Origin: Lingula anatina
Taxonomy: Eukaryota > Animalia > Brachiopoda
Assembly: GCA_051362555.1 (NCBI GenBank)
Contig: CM120642.1
Span: forward strand, 8,370,001-8,434,000
Direction: 5' to 3'
Length of the DNA stretch: 64,000 nucleotides
Both the position numbers and the translations under genes were made by a program. The notes beneath the pieces are model-generated. The model saw only the letters and a program-made list of their open reading frames with translations, had not been told where the DNA came from and made no database searches. Shown piece by piece: positions 41,464 to 56,400 of the stretch. How positions within the stretch are numbered: position 1 is the stretch's first letter; every line of letters starts with the position of its first letter.

Positions 41464-44400
41464 ATGACCCGCAGAAGAATTGCGATCATTGGAGCCGGCG
41501 CCAGCGGTTTGGTTTCAATCAAAACCTGCCTGGACGAGGATCTGGACCCCGTCTGCCTAGAGAGGACTGACGACATTGGCGGGCTATGGCGGTACACGGA
41601 GAACGCCGTAGACGGCCAAGGTTGCGTCATGAAGTCGACCATCGTGAATACCAGCAAGGAAATGATGTGCTTCAGCGATTTCCCTGTGCCGAAGGAATTT
41701 CCGAACTTCATGCACAACTCGCTGGTTCAAAAATACTTCGATATGTACTGTGAACATTTTGATCTCAGAAAACATATTCGTTTTAGGAAGGAAATCCTTA
41801 ACATCAAACCCGCTCGCGATTTCGTCTCGACCGGACAGTGGGACATTGAAATTAAAGACCTTCCATCTGGAACCGTTAGTACCGAAATTTATGACGGCGT
41901 ATTGGTATGTACAGGTCATCATGCTTTCAAGAATTCTCCGTCGTTCCCGGGCCAGGAGGAGTTCCGAGGCCAGGTGATGCACGCGCACGATTACAGGACT
42001 CCAGCTGGATTTGAGGGAAAGAAAGTCGTGGTCATAGGAGCGGGAAATTCTGGGGGAGACATTGCTGTTGAACTAAGCAGAGTTAGGTCACAGGTAAGAC
42101 TACGCTTTTTCTCGCTTCGTTATGAAGTACAAACGAGGGCATTCCCGATTCCACGCAGCACGTGCCTTGTGAAATGTCGGGAAGACGAATAGCGTTTCAA
42201 AGGTTACTGTTAGTATTCAGAACTATGTTATCTTATTAAAATGATTAAAAAATATAGAATCCTAGTGCAGGCTGGAGCAATGAATAATGAGTACCAGTAG
42301 ATAAAAATTGTTTCCTTTTTTTCGCCGATTTGGCTTGAAAATTCAGATTAGGATACCTTCAAGAAATGGGAGATAGAGATGAATTGTAACTGAAATTACA
42401 GAAGGATAATTAAATTAAAATTGACTCTCATTGATTGATTTTGAATTTAGGTCCTCCTTTCTACCCGAAGCGGAGCCTGGGTATTTAACCGTCTATCGTA
42501 TGAAGGTGTGCCTTACGACCTCTTAGACTATCGCCGGATCGTCTGGAAAATCGTCGATTGGATGCCCGAATCACTGATCAACGCCTTGATGGAAAGACGT
42601 CTAAACAACCGCTTTGACCATGTGACATACGGCATCCAATGCAAGCACCGTTTTCGTAGCGTCCATCCAATGACCAACGACGAGCTTCCAGGGTGTATTG
42701 CGAGTGGGGGCGTGGTAGTCAAACCCAATGTTAGCCGAATACTAAAAACAGGCGTTGAATTTGATGACGGCACTGTGGAGGAGAATGTCGATGCGGTAGT
42801 CATAGCAACTGGGTATACCATCGGGTTTCCTTTCATAGACCAAAGTGTGGTTGGTGTTTGTGATAATCAGGTGAGAGGTGCTAAGAATGAACACTGCTTA
42901 ACTTGTCCTTAACTTTTATGGATACCTAGGTTCTATTTATATATATATATTTATTGATCTGTTTAATTTATTCGTATGAAACCAACCAATCATGGCTTTC
43001 TTCCTCCTATATAGACACATATAGTTTTTATAATAAACTTTTAAGATTAAAATTATAAACAAAAAGAAACGGTCTCCCATAAGCAACAGAGTGGTTTTTG
43101 TGTTATTTGGAGAAATTTGGAGTGTTTTAAAACCATATAACTGTGGAAACAAAGGTACCATCTAGACTACATTTCATTGCTGTTCGAGATTGCGAGTATA
43201 TATGAGAGTTATACATTCTAGGGCCGTTATTCAATCTCTCTTTCCATCTTTTAATTGTAGACGAAATATCTATTTATTTATCTATTTATTCAATTTACTA
43301 GGTAAATCTTTACAAGTATGTCTTCCCGCCGGATTTGGTGCACCCCACGTTGGCCGTCATTGGTTGCATTCAGCCCATAGGAGCCATTAACCCAATAGCC
43401 GAGATGCAGGCTAGATGGGCTACCAAAGTCTTCAAAGTACGATATCGACCAAAGTTAATGGCATTTATCATAACTAATTAGTTGTTTTATAACAACTTGC
43501 AATCTGTACAAATACATATACCGGTAAATAATAGAGGGGATAAAATACAGAATGTACTAGTAAAATAAAAAATGCTCTATTTATTGTATCCATCCTAATC
43601 AAGGAACAAGAGAGATAATTCCTTGGCCTAATTGACTTTTGATTTTTAAGAAATATGAGTATGTATGAATGAAAAAAATCTTATAAATATATAGTTGGTG
43701 TTGACTTTTTTGACAGCGTGCTATGGTTAATAAGAAAAGAATAAAACAGATTACACTTTACTCTGTTTCAGGGAGAACTATCTCTACCATCACGGGAAAA
43801 TATGGTGGCCGACATAGCTGACAAGAAGATGCGGATGCGCAAGCGCTACGCAGAAGGAGCACATTACACCATTCAGGTGGATTATGTTCCTTTCATGGAT
43901 GAACTGGCTACACTTGTTGGATGTAAACCATCAATAGGTATGAAATTTCAATCATTTCCTAGAAATAATGTAAGCCCCTGCGCAAATTCCTCTCATATTT
44001 GAAAAAAAGAATGAAGTAAAGTCAGTGTCTTAAATCACGAAAATAATAAAAGTAATAACGTTGATAAAGTATCAAACCAAAAATCTGAACAGTTTATTGT
44101 TGCCAATTACTGACGGAACTCGGTCAAAAAAATAATTCATTTGATGGACAGGAGTTAACCAGAAGGCCTACGTTGTGTTTATCTCGAAGCTTAACCTATT
44201 GTGTAATAACATTTTTAACATTCATTCACTTTCAGGAAAACTCCTGCTAAAAGACCCTCGTTTAGCATTGGAGGTGTTTCTAGGTCCTTGTACACCGTAT
44301 CAATATCGCCTTCAAGGCCCTGGTCAGTGGGAAGGGGCAAGAGAGGCCATAATGACCACCTTTGACCGCGTGGTGTTTCCCACAAAAACCAGAGTCGTGG

Positions 44401-44483
44401 AGAAACCTAAGACGGAGGGCTCCAACTACATGCTTGTGTTATTGGCTGGGGCGCTGATACTAGCCGCGTGGTGTTTTATGTGA
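41464..44483 (+). CDS. FMO: Flavin-containing monooxygenase (FMO5-like), 532 aa, 5 coding exons
   Basis: Exons 41464-42093, 42451-42870, 43302-43436, 43772-43937 and 44236-44483 (1599 nt). FAD motif GAGASG, GGLW, FMO motif [16 protein letters not shown] motif [27 protein letters not shown]-terminal membrane anchor. Confidence 0.97.
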
Positions 44484-45524
44484 CGTCGTTATGTGACTTA
44501 TATTAGATGAAACAGGACATTGTACGTCTTCTGAAGTGAAACCCGTAAAACACTGTGCACAAAAAAAGAAAAAAAAAGACATGCGAATCAAGACTTCATT
44601 TCATTTGATTCTAGTACCATCACTAGTATTAGTTAGGACCGTATTTAGTGGACGTTGAAATTGCATTCGTTGTATTGCACTGTAATACTTATTAATCAAC
44701 TGTTTTCCAATGGATACTACATGAACCAGTACGTATATGTACATGCATCATATCCGTCTTGTATTTCGTCTTTCCTTTTCTATTCATTTAATGTGAAACA
44801 TACCGAGTAGAATATTTCAGAAATAAATATAATACTGAAATTGGTAAAAACAATTGCAGAAAATTTGCTTCCTAAGCTCTACAGCTGACACCCAATGATT
44901 AATAAAAATTTCCTCAAAAGCTCATCGCAAATATTATCTTTATCGAACATGATACTCAAAAGCCTGTATTTTACATACTTTTTCTCTTTTCGAAATAGAT
45001 TGAGCCAAAAAAGGAAGAACGGTTAGTCGCCCCTTTACTATTATACTTTTTTCTCCGTGGGAATTAAACTAAGGCGACGGGTAAAAATTTAGGCTAAAAA
45101 AAATGGACATTATTTCGGATGTTTTTCGAAGTGTGCATAGGGCCTACTGGTCGGAATAATCTTTGCTGAAACGAAATAATATCAGTCACATAATTCTTGG
45201 ACAGCAATCCACAAAATGACGTAACATGAGCTTCAAATCTGACAAGTGCCAGCTTCATTTAATTTGAATTATATATAACTACGACCCGTGCAGTTATTTC
45301 AGTCTGTTAACCTTACAAGTGCCTTGACTGCATGGGGATTTGAAAATGAAGTAGCGGGCATGCATCAGTATGATAAAACGTGACTTTTCTACTAGCACAC
45401 TACTTAAAGGTACATTCCATGGGTTTGAAAATCCCCCAAATGCTTATTTTTGCCATCCACAGCTTCTTATAAAACCTTATATAGGGGCCTACCCCTGTAC
45501 ACTTTAAAAAACATTTTTGAAACC

Positions 45525-45589
45525 ATTTTATTTTATTTTATTTTATTTTATTTTATTTTATTTTATTTTATTTTATTTTATTTTATTTT
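45525..45589. repeat. (ATTTT)n pentanucleotide repeat
   Basis: ~13 units. Confidence 0.95.
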
Positions 45590-46130
45590 TCTGGAGCGTA
45601 CCTGATATTAATATTTCCATCGGAGCTTAGGAACATGGTCGCTGGTTAAAATCACTGGTTATTCATTTTAAACTAAATCAACCTTTATCAATTTAATTTA
45701 AGGTCGAATCCATGTGCAGGGAGGGGTAGGCCTACCGGATAGTAATGATTTTTGAGTACGAGAAAATTTCTTATTTCCCATGGACAATCTATTATGGCGG
45801 GTAAATCCCCTGGAGTAGCCCCTTTATAATAATCAGGGTTTAAGAGCATGAAAGCGGACAGTGTATCGTTAATTTTTTAAAGACTTTCCTTGATTTTACG
45901 GTCAAAAAAAAAAAAAAAAAACTGGCTGAACTTATGGACCATAGGGCATATACCCTATTCAATACTGAATAGTGTTCATGTCAGCGGACGTTACGCACCA
46001 CTCTGTATGCCTGTACACGTTAGATTTTTTCATAAGAGGGGCAACTTCACCCTTGTTTCAAAGGATACTGGACGGCTGACAGGTGCCCTTTTTATCACAC
46101 CCCCCCCCCCTTCCCATGCCGTTTCCAGCT

Positions 46131-46385
46131 AGACTTAGGGACCATTCCCACAGATATTTGGATCGATCTATCTCCCTGGGGAGTCTCACTAAATTGCTGT
46201 CAACTTGTCCTGCTTAAATGTCTGTCACGCCTAGTAAAGCTGTTAGGGGGTAATTACCTTTACCCCTTAACTGATTCGGTAGGCGTGACAGCCATTTAAG
46301 CCGGTAAGTTGACAGCAATTTAGTGAAACTCCCCATGGAGTTAGATCGATCCAGATGGATCGATCTACGCATGGGAACCCAGTCT
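46131..46385. mobile_element. Long imperfect palindrome / foldback MITE
   Basis: Arms ggatcgatcta..ggggagt.tcactaaattgctgtcaactt..gcttaaatg.ctgtcacgccta versus taggcgtgacag.catttaagc..aagttgacagcaatttagtga.actcccc..tagatcgatcc; termini AGACT/AGTCT. Confidence 0.82.
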
Positions 46386-46539
46386 TACTGACCTACTGCT
46401 GATTCAGAAGGAAGGAAAATTATCTTTGACAAACCAAAAATTAATAAACATACTATTTGAAACTCAATCCTTGTTAACGTCTTAAACGTACAATAAACAT
46501 TGCTTGGCCCAGTTTTGTTCAAAACCCCAAGTCCGTCTT

Positions 46540-46611
46540 GGCATTGTGTTACATCGGTGGCTAGCGTTTCTTTTTAGTCCGTTAACCGGAAGCGATAGTT
46601 TAGGGGTAAGT
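46540..46611 (+). promoter_or_regulatory. Probable MVB12 promoter / non-coding first exon
   Basis: CpG-containing patch with Ets-type CCGGAAG (46586-46592) and a GTAAGT donor at 46606. The matching acceptor (..ctccacag, 47178) lies before the ATG exon. Confidence 0.5.
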
Positions 46612-47258
46612 CTATATCAATTATTGGAAATATTCACCGTGAATGCTGTCATCATACATCTCTTAAAGAAAGCAATCCGATTTTTATTGAATAGGATACT
46701 ACATTATGCTCCTGGGTGTAAAACTAATTTCCCCAAATCCCTATTATCGATTAGAACACTTGTCAAAATGTTTGTCACTTGAACTTAGAAGTTAAAAATT
46801 ATGACAATGACACTGGTTGACATTTGAACTTGACCAGTGAGTCAACATCATGACTGATAGTAAGCATAATCTTTATTCTGCCAAATTCTTTTTTTTTTTC
46901 GATATATGATCGTAAATACCAAATGGTGACTTACTTGTATATTACCAACCCACCCAAATCAGTGTATACAGGTGTATAATTATAACCCGGCCCCCATCAG
47001 AACCTGATATTCTACCTTAATGGTTATTCTGATTTTATATTCCCGAAGACAATCTCATCAGAAGGGAGAGAATAGCTTGTTTCACCTTACCTTCACATAC
47101 AACACTGAATCTTTAAGACCTTTTTAATTTTTAACAACCTGTTTTATGTGTTTAGCATAATAACTTTTCCTCCACAGCATAAGAGTAAGGTGGGGTCTCA
47201 ATGTAGCCTGAGAGGGGAAACAACCTTGGCTACAGATTATCCCACAACCATCTCCACA

Positions 47259-50200
47259 ATGCAGAACATGCAAGAGCTGACTGGTTCTCTACCGGGGACA
47301 TATCCCATCACAGGCCTCTGCATAGTCTCAGATAAATCTGCCTGTCCTGCAGGATACAGTGTGGTAAGGATGTGCACTTCTTGATAATTTCTTGACATAA
47401 ACATATTTGCACGTAGATATGGTTATAGAGTTCAGTGCCCCGCGTATGCTCAGAAATACAGAACTTAGTATTCTTTTACATTGATTTCATTTCAACTCCA
47501 AGTACTGAAAAATACCTAACCTGGATAAGATACTAATGAATTGATTACTAAGTGCTAGATGTGAACTTTACTTAATTATTAAATCATATTAAAGAGTTTA
47601 CTTTGAGAAATTACTTTTAATTAGATTGCAAGATGCCATGACAGTAATGAAGAAGCTGACCTATGGAAGGACTCTTTTCTGAGGAAAAAGATCACTAGAT
47701 TTCTTTGCATCACAAGGGTTTTCCCCCTGGCAAATGGAACACTGAATAACATATTGGCAGATATTGCAGTGATCAATGAAAATGATAATATGCCAGCTCA
47801 GTTCTCTCGTATTGAATATACACAAAACTCAGGTGAGGTAGTACAGATGTAGGCATCATTGATATGAATACTTTTACCTTTATTTTAAGAAGAGAAAGTG
47901 GCAGGTTTAATTTTATTTTTTCTGTGAAGAGAACATATTAGTTGCTATGTTTCAAAAATGCATTGTGTTGTCAGAGAATATAATTGTGCCAAAAGGTAAT
48001 TTCTGTCATAGCTTTTATGCCATCCTTTTTTTTTCCAGATTGTTATGATAAGTCTTGAAAAAAAAATTTTTTTTTTGCTCAAGTATATCTTGAGAAGGAA
48101 GTTAAAGGATATTTGGTAATTAATGTTTTGTGTAAACATGAAAATTATTTATAATAATTATCTGTTTGAATTTCATAATTTTTGTTTTTTAGGGGATAAA
48201 GCATTAAAAAAGAAGGTTCTTTGTGTAAAGATGGTCTCAAGGACAAGTGCAAATGATGCTATTAGTGAAATTATTTTTCTCAGTAAGCTAAAAAGGCCGC
48301 CAACAGGTTACACACTTATTGGGTAAGACTGGCATCAAATTTGTCCAATTGTTGTTCTCAGCTATGCTAACCTGAGCTTCAGATTTCATGTGTACATGTA
48401 CCAAGTTGAACTTCTTCATTTTTAAGCTCCATATGTGCACATTTATCAGACTCTGACATTCAATTAAACATTTTATTTTACTGATGTTTACCTCTTCTGT
48501 ATATAGTGGTTACATTGAAGGGAATATGATGTTGCCAATAGACCTGTCTTATGAACTTTTGTGATTGATGTGGTAAAAATTCAATCAAATGTCAAAGAGG
48601 TTAATTTTTGGTGAATTTGAAAAGGAAGAATCTGGCCTGAGTCAGTTCTGAAACTCAGGTTGATACACTAGTCTATATGCTATCCTCGTATATAGTTTGA
48701 AAAATAATCAACCTGTATCATGTATAAGCTTAGATAGCATATGTCTGAGTAAACATGATTCATTAAGCCAAACAGAGAAAATCATATATTTATGTTGCTC
48801 TGTGATTTAATCATTTCACTTCCAAAAAAAAAAAAAAAAAAAAAAAAAGAAAAAAAGAAACTTTGATTTTAGTAAGCATCACTAGTTCTAAACAATAACA
48901 TAGGATACATGTGAAAAGTCGTTGATCATTAACATGTGACAGTATTTCTTGCAAGTTAAAGTTCAGTCTAACATGTAAGTTTATTTTTCATGTCAAAATC
49001 AATATGTGACATAATTATCATTTCAGAGACATCAATAACCTTCTACTGTGCACAAAGATTTCCCCAGTGCCACAAGATGGCTCCACTGGGCAACAAACAT
49101 CACTTCCTTACAGTATGCCGCCATCATACATGTCAAAACCGCCAACTTACTCCATGGACGCTCAGGCACAGGGACAAAATTTGCCTTACACAGCTAACCC
49201 CAGCCTTGCTCCATATATGCCTCCAAGTCACAGGCGTCCTAGCCCTGTGATGCAGCCATCTTGGATGTCTAGTCAAGGTCAAGGTCACTCCGCCAGCAGT
49301 GCAGAAGCAAGTGGTCTGGTTAGGCAGGGGAGCATACAGACTGTGAACTCTCGTAAGTATGATGATTTCTCATTCAATGCAAATTCAAAATTTTGTTACT
49401 CCAAGCTACAGACATCAGATTTCACTTCCTGAAGTTTACCAATGCAGTAAGGGTTGTTTACTAAGCACCCAGTATGTGTCTCTGTATTATATTGATATTT
49501 CTATTTAGATTTTATTTGATACACTGTAGCTGCTATAAACAAGTGGATTTCCTTGTAAAGTACTTAATTAAATTAAACAATTTCTAACATTCTTTTTTCT
49601 TCTGGTATATTTTTGCCTTTTCTTATTTGTTTATGTTTCTTGATTTGCTTACAGTACTTAATTGATATTGGGTGATTTCTGTATGTTCTATATCAGAATA
49701 TGTAGAAAAAATAAAGCTGATTTAAATAATGTCAAAGGAACACACAATGTAAAAAATATGTGTAATAGATATATAATAAAGTTTCATTTACATTTATAGT
49801 AAAATTATCGAGTGAATAAGTTATTATAATTACATCTTTGAAATAAACTATTTAGGTCCAAATTTCTTTTTTTAACATTAGCTCTCTATGGTATACCCTT
49901 TGAGCTTGGTCCTAATTTGGAAGATTATTCCCATTTAAAAAATGTAAGTATGTTTTATGGTAATGTATGCTTTTTATAATTTCTTAATTGAATTTTTATT
50001 ATATAATTACAACAGTTTTGGTTTACAACATGCAAAAGCAACAAAAATTAATATTACTTGCATTAAGAACCAAGAATAATTATTTCTGAATAACATATGC
50101 ATTATGAGACCAACTACTTCATATAAAAGTATATTTGTTTATATAAATTTTATTTTCAGATGACTATCCCTGATGTAAAATATAAAACTTTGATGGAAGT

Positions 50201-50422
50201 TATGAGCGATGTAAGTAAATTTCTTTTCAATTTTCTAAAATATTTGTTTATATTCACACTTTTGATGCTTGACACTAATGTAATCAGTTTTTATATTTCC
50301 ATCCTTTTCCTGTTCATAGAATGATGATGAATGTAAAAGCTAAGCATATGCATTTTCTTTTACAGTACAATTATGACTTCAACGCAGAAAAATCAGCAGC
50401 TGCTAGAATGCCTCCTGAGTGA
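47259..50422 (+). CDS. MVB12: Multivesicular body subunit 12 (ESCRT-I; MABP + UMA domains), 312 aa, 7 coding exons
   Basis: Exons 47259-47363, 47625-47832, 48193-48322, 49027-49352, 49882-49943, 50160-50210 and 50366-50422 (939 nt). Motifs PITGLCIV, ADLWKD..TRFLC, KKVLCVK, PPTGYTLIGDINNLLLC, GIPF and C-terminal YNYDFNAEKSAAARMPP match vertebrate MVB12B-type sequences. Confidence 0.93.
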
Positions 50423-53400
50423 TCTAAGCCAGTGTTCTTGCTACATTTGACATAATTACAATACAACAGAGGAGCGTCTGGTGATCATTGCATGGAATTG
50501 TGTCCAACCTGACACAATGTGTTTTATGCTGTCACAGCAACTGCAATGCCTTAGGGATTTGTGGCACATGGAAACCATAACAAAAACAAGCCACATATAT
50601 ATATATATAATAGATGGAGATGGTGCTTTATGTCGGTGGTGATAGACACAGCCACTTGTGAGAAATGACTTCAGCTGTGACATAATGCTTACAGAAGTTT
50701 GAAGAGCAATTCCCAATTTGTACCAAACTGTTGTAAATTCTGTACTTTGAAATGTATTCCCTCATTTATTTGATTAATTTAGCTGAAAATTGAAATGAGG
50801 GTGAAATGCAAACTGTAAATACCCAAGATCTGTAACTGTAGAAAATGGATATAAAGAAACGTTCCAGGATTGTTGAAAAAGTAATAAGGGGGGCAAGGGT
50901 AGGGGGTACCCATCCTACGGACAAGTTATTGACTAATAAAGAAATGGTGGTGTATGCCTGCAAGTGGAGAAGTTAGCAATCATTTAGGTTTTATATACAG
51001 TTTGATGGTTTATTCAATTTATGTGTTGGCTTAAATTGGTATAAAAACAATGGTAAATTATTGTTTTAAATATGTCCCAAATGAATGTGGAGGATTGAGG
51101 TTGTAATTGGGTGTCAGGTGTTTAGTGAATAAGGGGATTATTTTTCAGGGACCTTCATTCATTAATTGACTAAATCAAAATGAAGATAAAGAAAATATAG
51201 CCTTCAGAAACAATCCAATGAGTATTGACATTTGAACTTATATGTTTTTAACAATTTCAAATGTTAATTAAAGACTATTTCCAGTAAGAGTGAGTTCAGT
51301 GCACATTGGTTATTTAAGGGTATTGTGGGAGAAGAGAACATTTGGTATGATAAAAAAAGTGCACTTTCAGAAACAATTTTTATTTTAAGGAAGTCGTGTA
51401 AGTATTATAAAAATATAAAATATTCATCTTTTTCTTGAAAACTAATGCTGATATAAAACTAATCCTGAATTGAATACCAGCCACTAGAAAGCTGTATATG
51501 TGTGTTTGCATGTCTTCTATCTTTTAGGGACTCCGATCAAACAATGTGCACTTCTTTAGTATCTATGCTTCCAAAGGTTTCGGCATCCTTTTAAAAAAAA
51601 AATGGAGCAATTTTCCAGCACCCATAAGTGTATATTGAAGAAATTTCTATAAGTCTTGATAGGGGTCTTTAATTCCACAATCTCGCTTAAAGCTGAAGGT
51701 ATTGTCATTGCTGGTTGGGTTGTGACAGTCTCCCTCTGGTAGAGGTACGCTTTGAGCAATAGGAAATGTATGCGACATGCCCCTGTTAGTCCCGGGGTGT
51801 ATTTTCTCCAATTTAAGGAGGGTGGGGCTGTTTCTGCTTTTGTTTGTTCGAAAAAAGGGGTGCCCCTGCACTAGTATATGGCAAGGCATGATTTTCAGAA
51901 TGTTTTAGTTTGAAATTAAGGCTTTTACCATTTTCTTTTCAATATTCTTGCCATGAACTGTACAGTGAAAAAGAAATGTAGCAAATGCTGCTTTAGTGAG
52001 CAATCATTCTGAACATATTCATTTTGTTTTTATATATTTATTCATTTGCCCATGGGAATATTTGTGATTGTGCTTATGAAAATTATTCTACATATTGCAC
52101 AGATTTTGTATCAAACTTTTTAGTTAACAATGTGTACTTCCAGTTTCAGTATGCATGTACAGGGTACCCTAAAGTTGATCTGAATATATTTCGATTTTTG
52201 AATCCAAGTGTTGTATTTTATTGTATGGAAGGATGTACAGTTGATCAGTATTTTTGTAACAGACTCAGAATTGTAGCTATCCAAGAATATCTGCATCTGA
52301 AGCAACTGTCTTAAAAATTTTGCTTTGGTGATGATTATTTAGCAACTCATTCATAACAGCAGTATTTTATTATAATCTTAACAAAATGCAAAATCAATAC
52401 AACAACCCCTGTGTTCTGACTTCTTCAATCAACTTAATGACTATTTACAATCTCTAGTAGGTTTACCTATGTGTTGCAGGACCCTTGGTGTGCTTGCCCT
52501 AAAATAAAAAAAAGTATGGAAAAGGCACTGATATATAGCAAACTTACACAAATTCAGTGCCTGTGTTATTTTAGTATGAATCAGATCCTGTACCGTTTAA
52601 ATGTAAACAAATACATCATTATGGGTAAAAAAAATTGACAGATTTTCAACTGAGAAAAGAAATTTCAACTAGAGTCAGTTTTTCTTCTCCTCCGAGAGGA
52701 GATTTTTTTACCAGTTATCTTTTGACATGCAAAAGAAATCAATAAGCTGAAGTGGATGGGTTATAAATCTGGCTTCCTACTAGCTGTATATGTGACTCTG
52801 TATGAAATGTCAATGGAAGAGGAGTTTCTTCTTCCAAAAAGGCCCATGAGAAAATGTTGGTCAAAGTAAGCCCAGTCATGTGTTAAACCTTTCACTTCTA
52901 GATGTTAAAAACAATTTACACGCTGTGTGTGAATATCATACTTAAAAAATGGCCTAATGAGATATGATTTGATACAAATTGGTCATTAAGCTCAAAAAAT
53001 AATGAGGGCGCCAGTGTGATTCAAGCGAAGATAATGTCATAAAATGCACCATTACGAATTTTATATTCTCAGCATGTTTTTTATTTCACTCTGTGATGCT
53101 ATCAGAATCTTTTAGGTAGAAGTCTTAACAACTTCTTAGGCTGAAATATTTGCTTTTTTATGAGCAGACACTCTATATCTTTAAAAATAGCCATCACGTG
53201 CAGCTGTCATAACTGTCGGCACCACTTACATGTAGCTTCCTGTGCACTTTTTACTCGTAAACTCCATAAGTAAGTTCTAACCACAATAATCAATCAGAAA
53301 ACCTTTGCCTAACGGGGGTGCAGCCAAATACTTAAATAAGACCCTTTTCCATTTTGGCTCATGGGCTAAAAGGAAAAACGTTACTTACTATTATTCAAGT

Positions 53401-56400
53401 TAACGGAATTATTCTATGGACTGAAACACCGCTCAAGTTAAAAACTAGCCTGACGGGATTATATTTATTAAGTTAATACATTTGTGAAGTAATTTCTGGA
53501 TTTTTTCTCAAATTGACTTTTTTGTAAGTGTGACTTTGAGTTCCCATGGATCTAAAGCTCTCTGCTAGTTGTGTTTTATGAATGTCCACAGTAACAATAG
53601 TACACAATTAAAATCGGTTGTTATTATGCTATTTAAGCGTTTCGTGATATTGCATCAAAACTGACAAAATCAAAAGCAGTTTTGTGCAATTTTAACGAAA
53701 TAGATGGATAACGGCGTGACTTATTAATCTCAGACTAACTGGACTGATTTATGGCACCAAAATTCAGTTCAAGTTCGAAAACCAGCCTGATGGGATTATC
53801 TTTGTTGGTGTTATCCAGTGTGTGTTTTCTAGATTTTTTAAATATTTGCGTATTGGTATTTTTTTAGTTGTCTTTGCATTCCCTTGGGTCTGACGCCCTG
53901 CGCAAGCTACATTTTTTTCAGAATGCTCAGAGAAACAGATGTACGTAATGAAAATTAAAAGCGAATGTGCTATTTTAAGCATTATATGTTATTGCATCAA
54001 AATCGACAAAAGTATTCTAATGTACTTTCATTTTGAAGAGGTTGTTTTTAGACTGTTTTAATGTCCCAGTGACTTTTTCTATCAGTCTTGCCCTTTACCG
54101 GTATATTTATATGTATCTGTTTATTTGATAGCTTTGCTGCCTTGTTTGTTATTTATTTACAGCATTTTTTCTTTGTAAAATAACGGAAAGAATGAAGCAA
54201 TCACACCGATAAAATATTCAAAGAAGCCGAAGATACAAGTACATGTACTACATATATAAGATACAGTGAATATAGGTAGCATAAACAATCTGGGCTATAT
54301 AGATGATACAGCTTAGTTAAACACATATCCAGACCTGCAAGAGTTACTCACATCAGTCAGTGAAAAAGGAAAACCATACGGAGTGGAAAATGAACAGACA
54401 ACAGACAATTTGAAAGCTTAGCTAAATAATAAGATCAAGAAACATTAGTATCAGTCTAAGGCTGAGTATCATTAAATGTTACATCTAGTCAACACTATTA
54501 TACATTTTGTGTACACCCCATAGACATCTTCATTAACAAAAACAACAATGGAAAAACTGTTTGAAATATCACGGACTGAACACAAAAGTAGTAAGGCAGT
54601 ACTAAATAATTTAAAAGTAAAAACATCATTACTGAACTCCAATGCGAAAGCGGTTGATGTACATAAACATTTAACGAAGAAAAAATCATTTTGAAATTCA
54701 AAGATGTTTCTTTTATTCCTATGTGGAATACTGCTGGTTCTGATCCGAGAAGAAAAAAAAAGAAAAAAATGCAATTGAAATTGCAATATAGAAATACATT
54801 TTACGAAAAGGCGTTCCTTTCAGGCGTTTCTGGCATTAAAACGTTGACTGCTGATAAGCGGTATTATAAATTGGCGTGCTACGTTATCATAACCGTAGTT
54901 AGATCGAGGCAACACGAGACTTGCCACCTCTCAAATTTAAGAGACTTGTTTTTCTGATAATGCTGTTCCACTCCTCTTTGTGACCGTTTAAATCTTAATG
55001 GGCACGTGTGCGCGCGTGCGTGGAGAGACGGAGAGATGGAGAGGGGGACATGGACACGAGAAAACCCGTTCATTTTGAACGCGCCATTTTTTATTAAACC
55101 AATGATTTCTTTCTGCTGTTAATAAGCATGCATTACAAATTAGTCAAATTTAAAAATCAGTTTAATCTAAAATTGGCTGTATTGTATTTTAGTACATGGT
55201 TTACCTCAAAATACGTTTTTCTCGCGCTGAATACTATTTCGACTAATACAGAGAAGTGTGACACTAAGTTTCCCACCGTGTTAATTGAAAGAGCCCATGT
55301 TCAATATCAATCTGTTGAATGAATGACGCGTTCTATCAACTTTTATCAAAATATATATTATATACAAATGTACAGCGATTATATAACCACCTCGGATGCT
55401 TTCCTCAAAAGACTATTCAATTTAAAGTCCAATTTGTATATGTCGATTAATTTCCTTAGGCTTTTTAACAATTTCTGTTTAATTTATGAATTAGAGAGAC
55501 GTTGCCCGCCCTTGAGGTTCAACGCGTTTTTTTTTTTCATCTTGTAATTTTTTATGATTTTACTGCATCTACAAGCACATGATTCTATAGCAGAGAACTT
55601 ACCGGAAATCATTTTTAAGATAAACTACCTTTGGTCGCTTACTGAGCATCTTAATAGTTTATAATGTATTTCAAGGAACCCACGTAGTAGGCAATTGAAC
55701 CTGAAAATCGAGCGCTGATCTATTTTCTATACGATTACTTTGTTTACCTCACCTCTACTCGCTTACCTGAAAAATCAGTGTGGTTAACGTTGGGCAAAGT
55801 GATCAAAGGCGTCATGGTGAAAGAATTAATTTGGTTCATAAAAAGGATATTTCAATGTGTGAGATTATTTGTGTACTCCACCTCTACCTGCTCAACTGGG
55901 CATACAATATTATAAACATCAAGGTGGGGAGGGGGTTAGTACCAAACGTTTATGAAGGGGCCACCAGAATGACTTAGCCATCACTTGTTAATAATAAAAA
56001 TAACAGTTCATAAATATGTTACCTAGAGTAGAAACATTATTAAAATGGCAAGTTGCCAGAAGGATAAAATCACTTTATTTTTATATCATACATAATTATA
56101 GTATCATATTGCTAATTCTCAAGATTGTAATAAGATTGTTGGGGGGGGGGGGGGAGGGGGGCAAAGGGCAGAGGGGGGTTTGCAGGAGAAAATTAACGGA
56201 CATCACATATTAAAAGACTGAAACCTGGTTGCAGTTGATCTCACTTTTTATCATTTTTAAAAATGTTGCGGAAAGAGTAACAAAGATGCATTCATCTGCC
56301 GTATCTAATAAAGTTGTTTATGACTGTTGTTAATGGTTTATATAACATGCTATTTTACCGAGACACGAGTTATAAGTTCACTTTGACACGCAACATAATA

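Noticed and set aside
44481-44510. Stop-codon readthrough or selenocysteine at the TGA stops of FMO, SULT, MVB12 and the otopetrins
   Set aside because: Proteins are already family-typical in length, the extensions I checked are short, there is no TGA-CTAG context, and no SECIS was recognised.
45408-45603. Possible TTAA-type MITE (AGGTACATTCCA...TGGAGCGTACCT)
   Set aside because: Only 12-bp TIRs with 2 mismatches and no right-hand TTAA.
52440-54050. Region that looks like old DNA-transposon debris
   Set aside because: No paired TIRs, TSD or coding relic could be demonstrated by eye.
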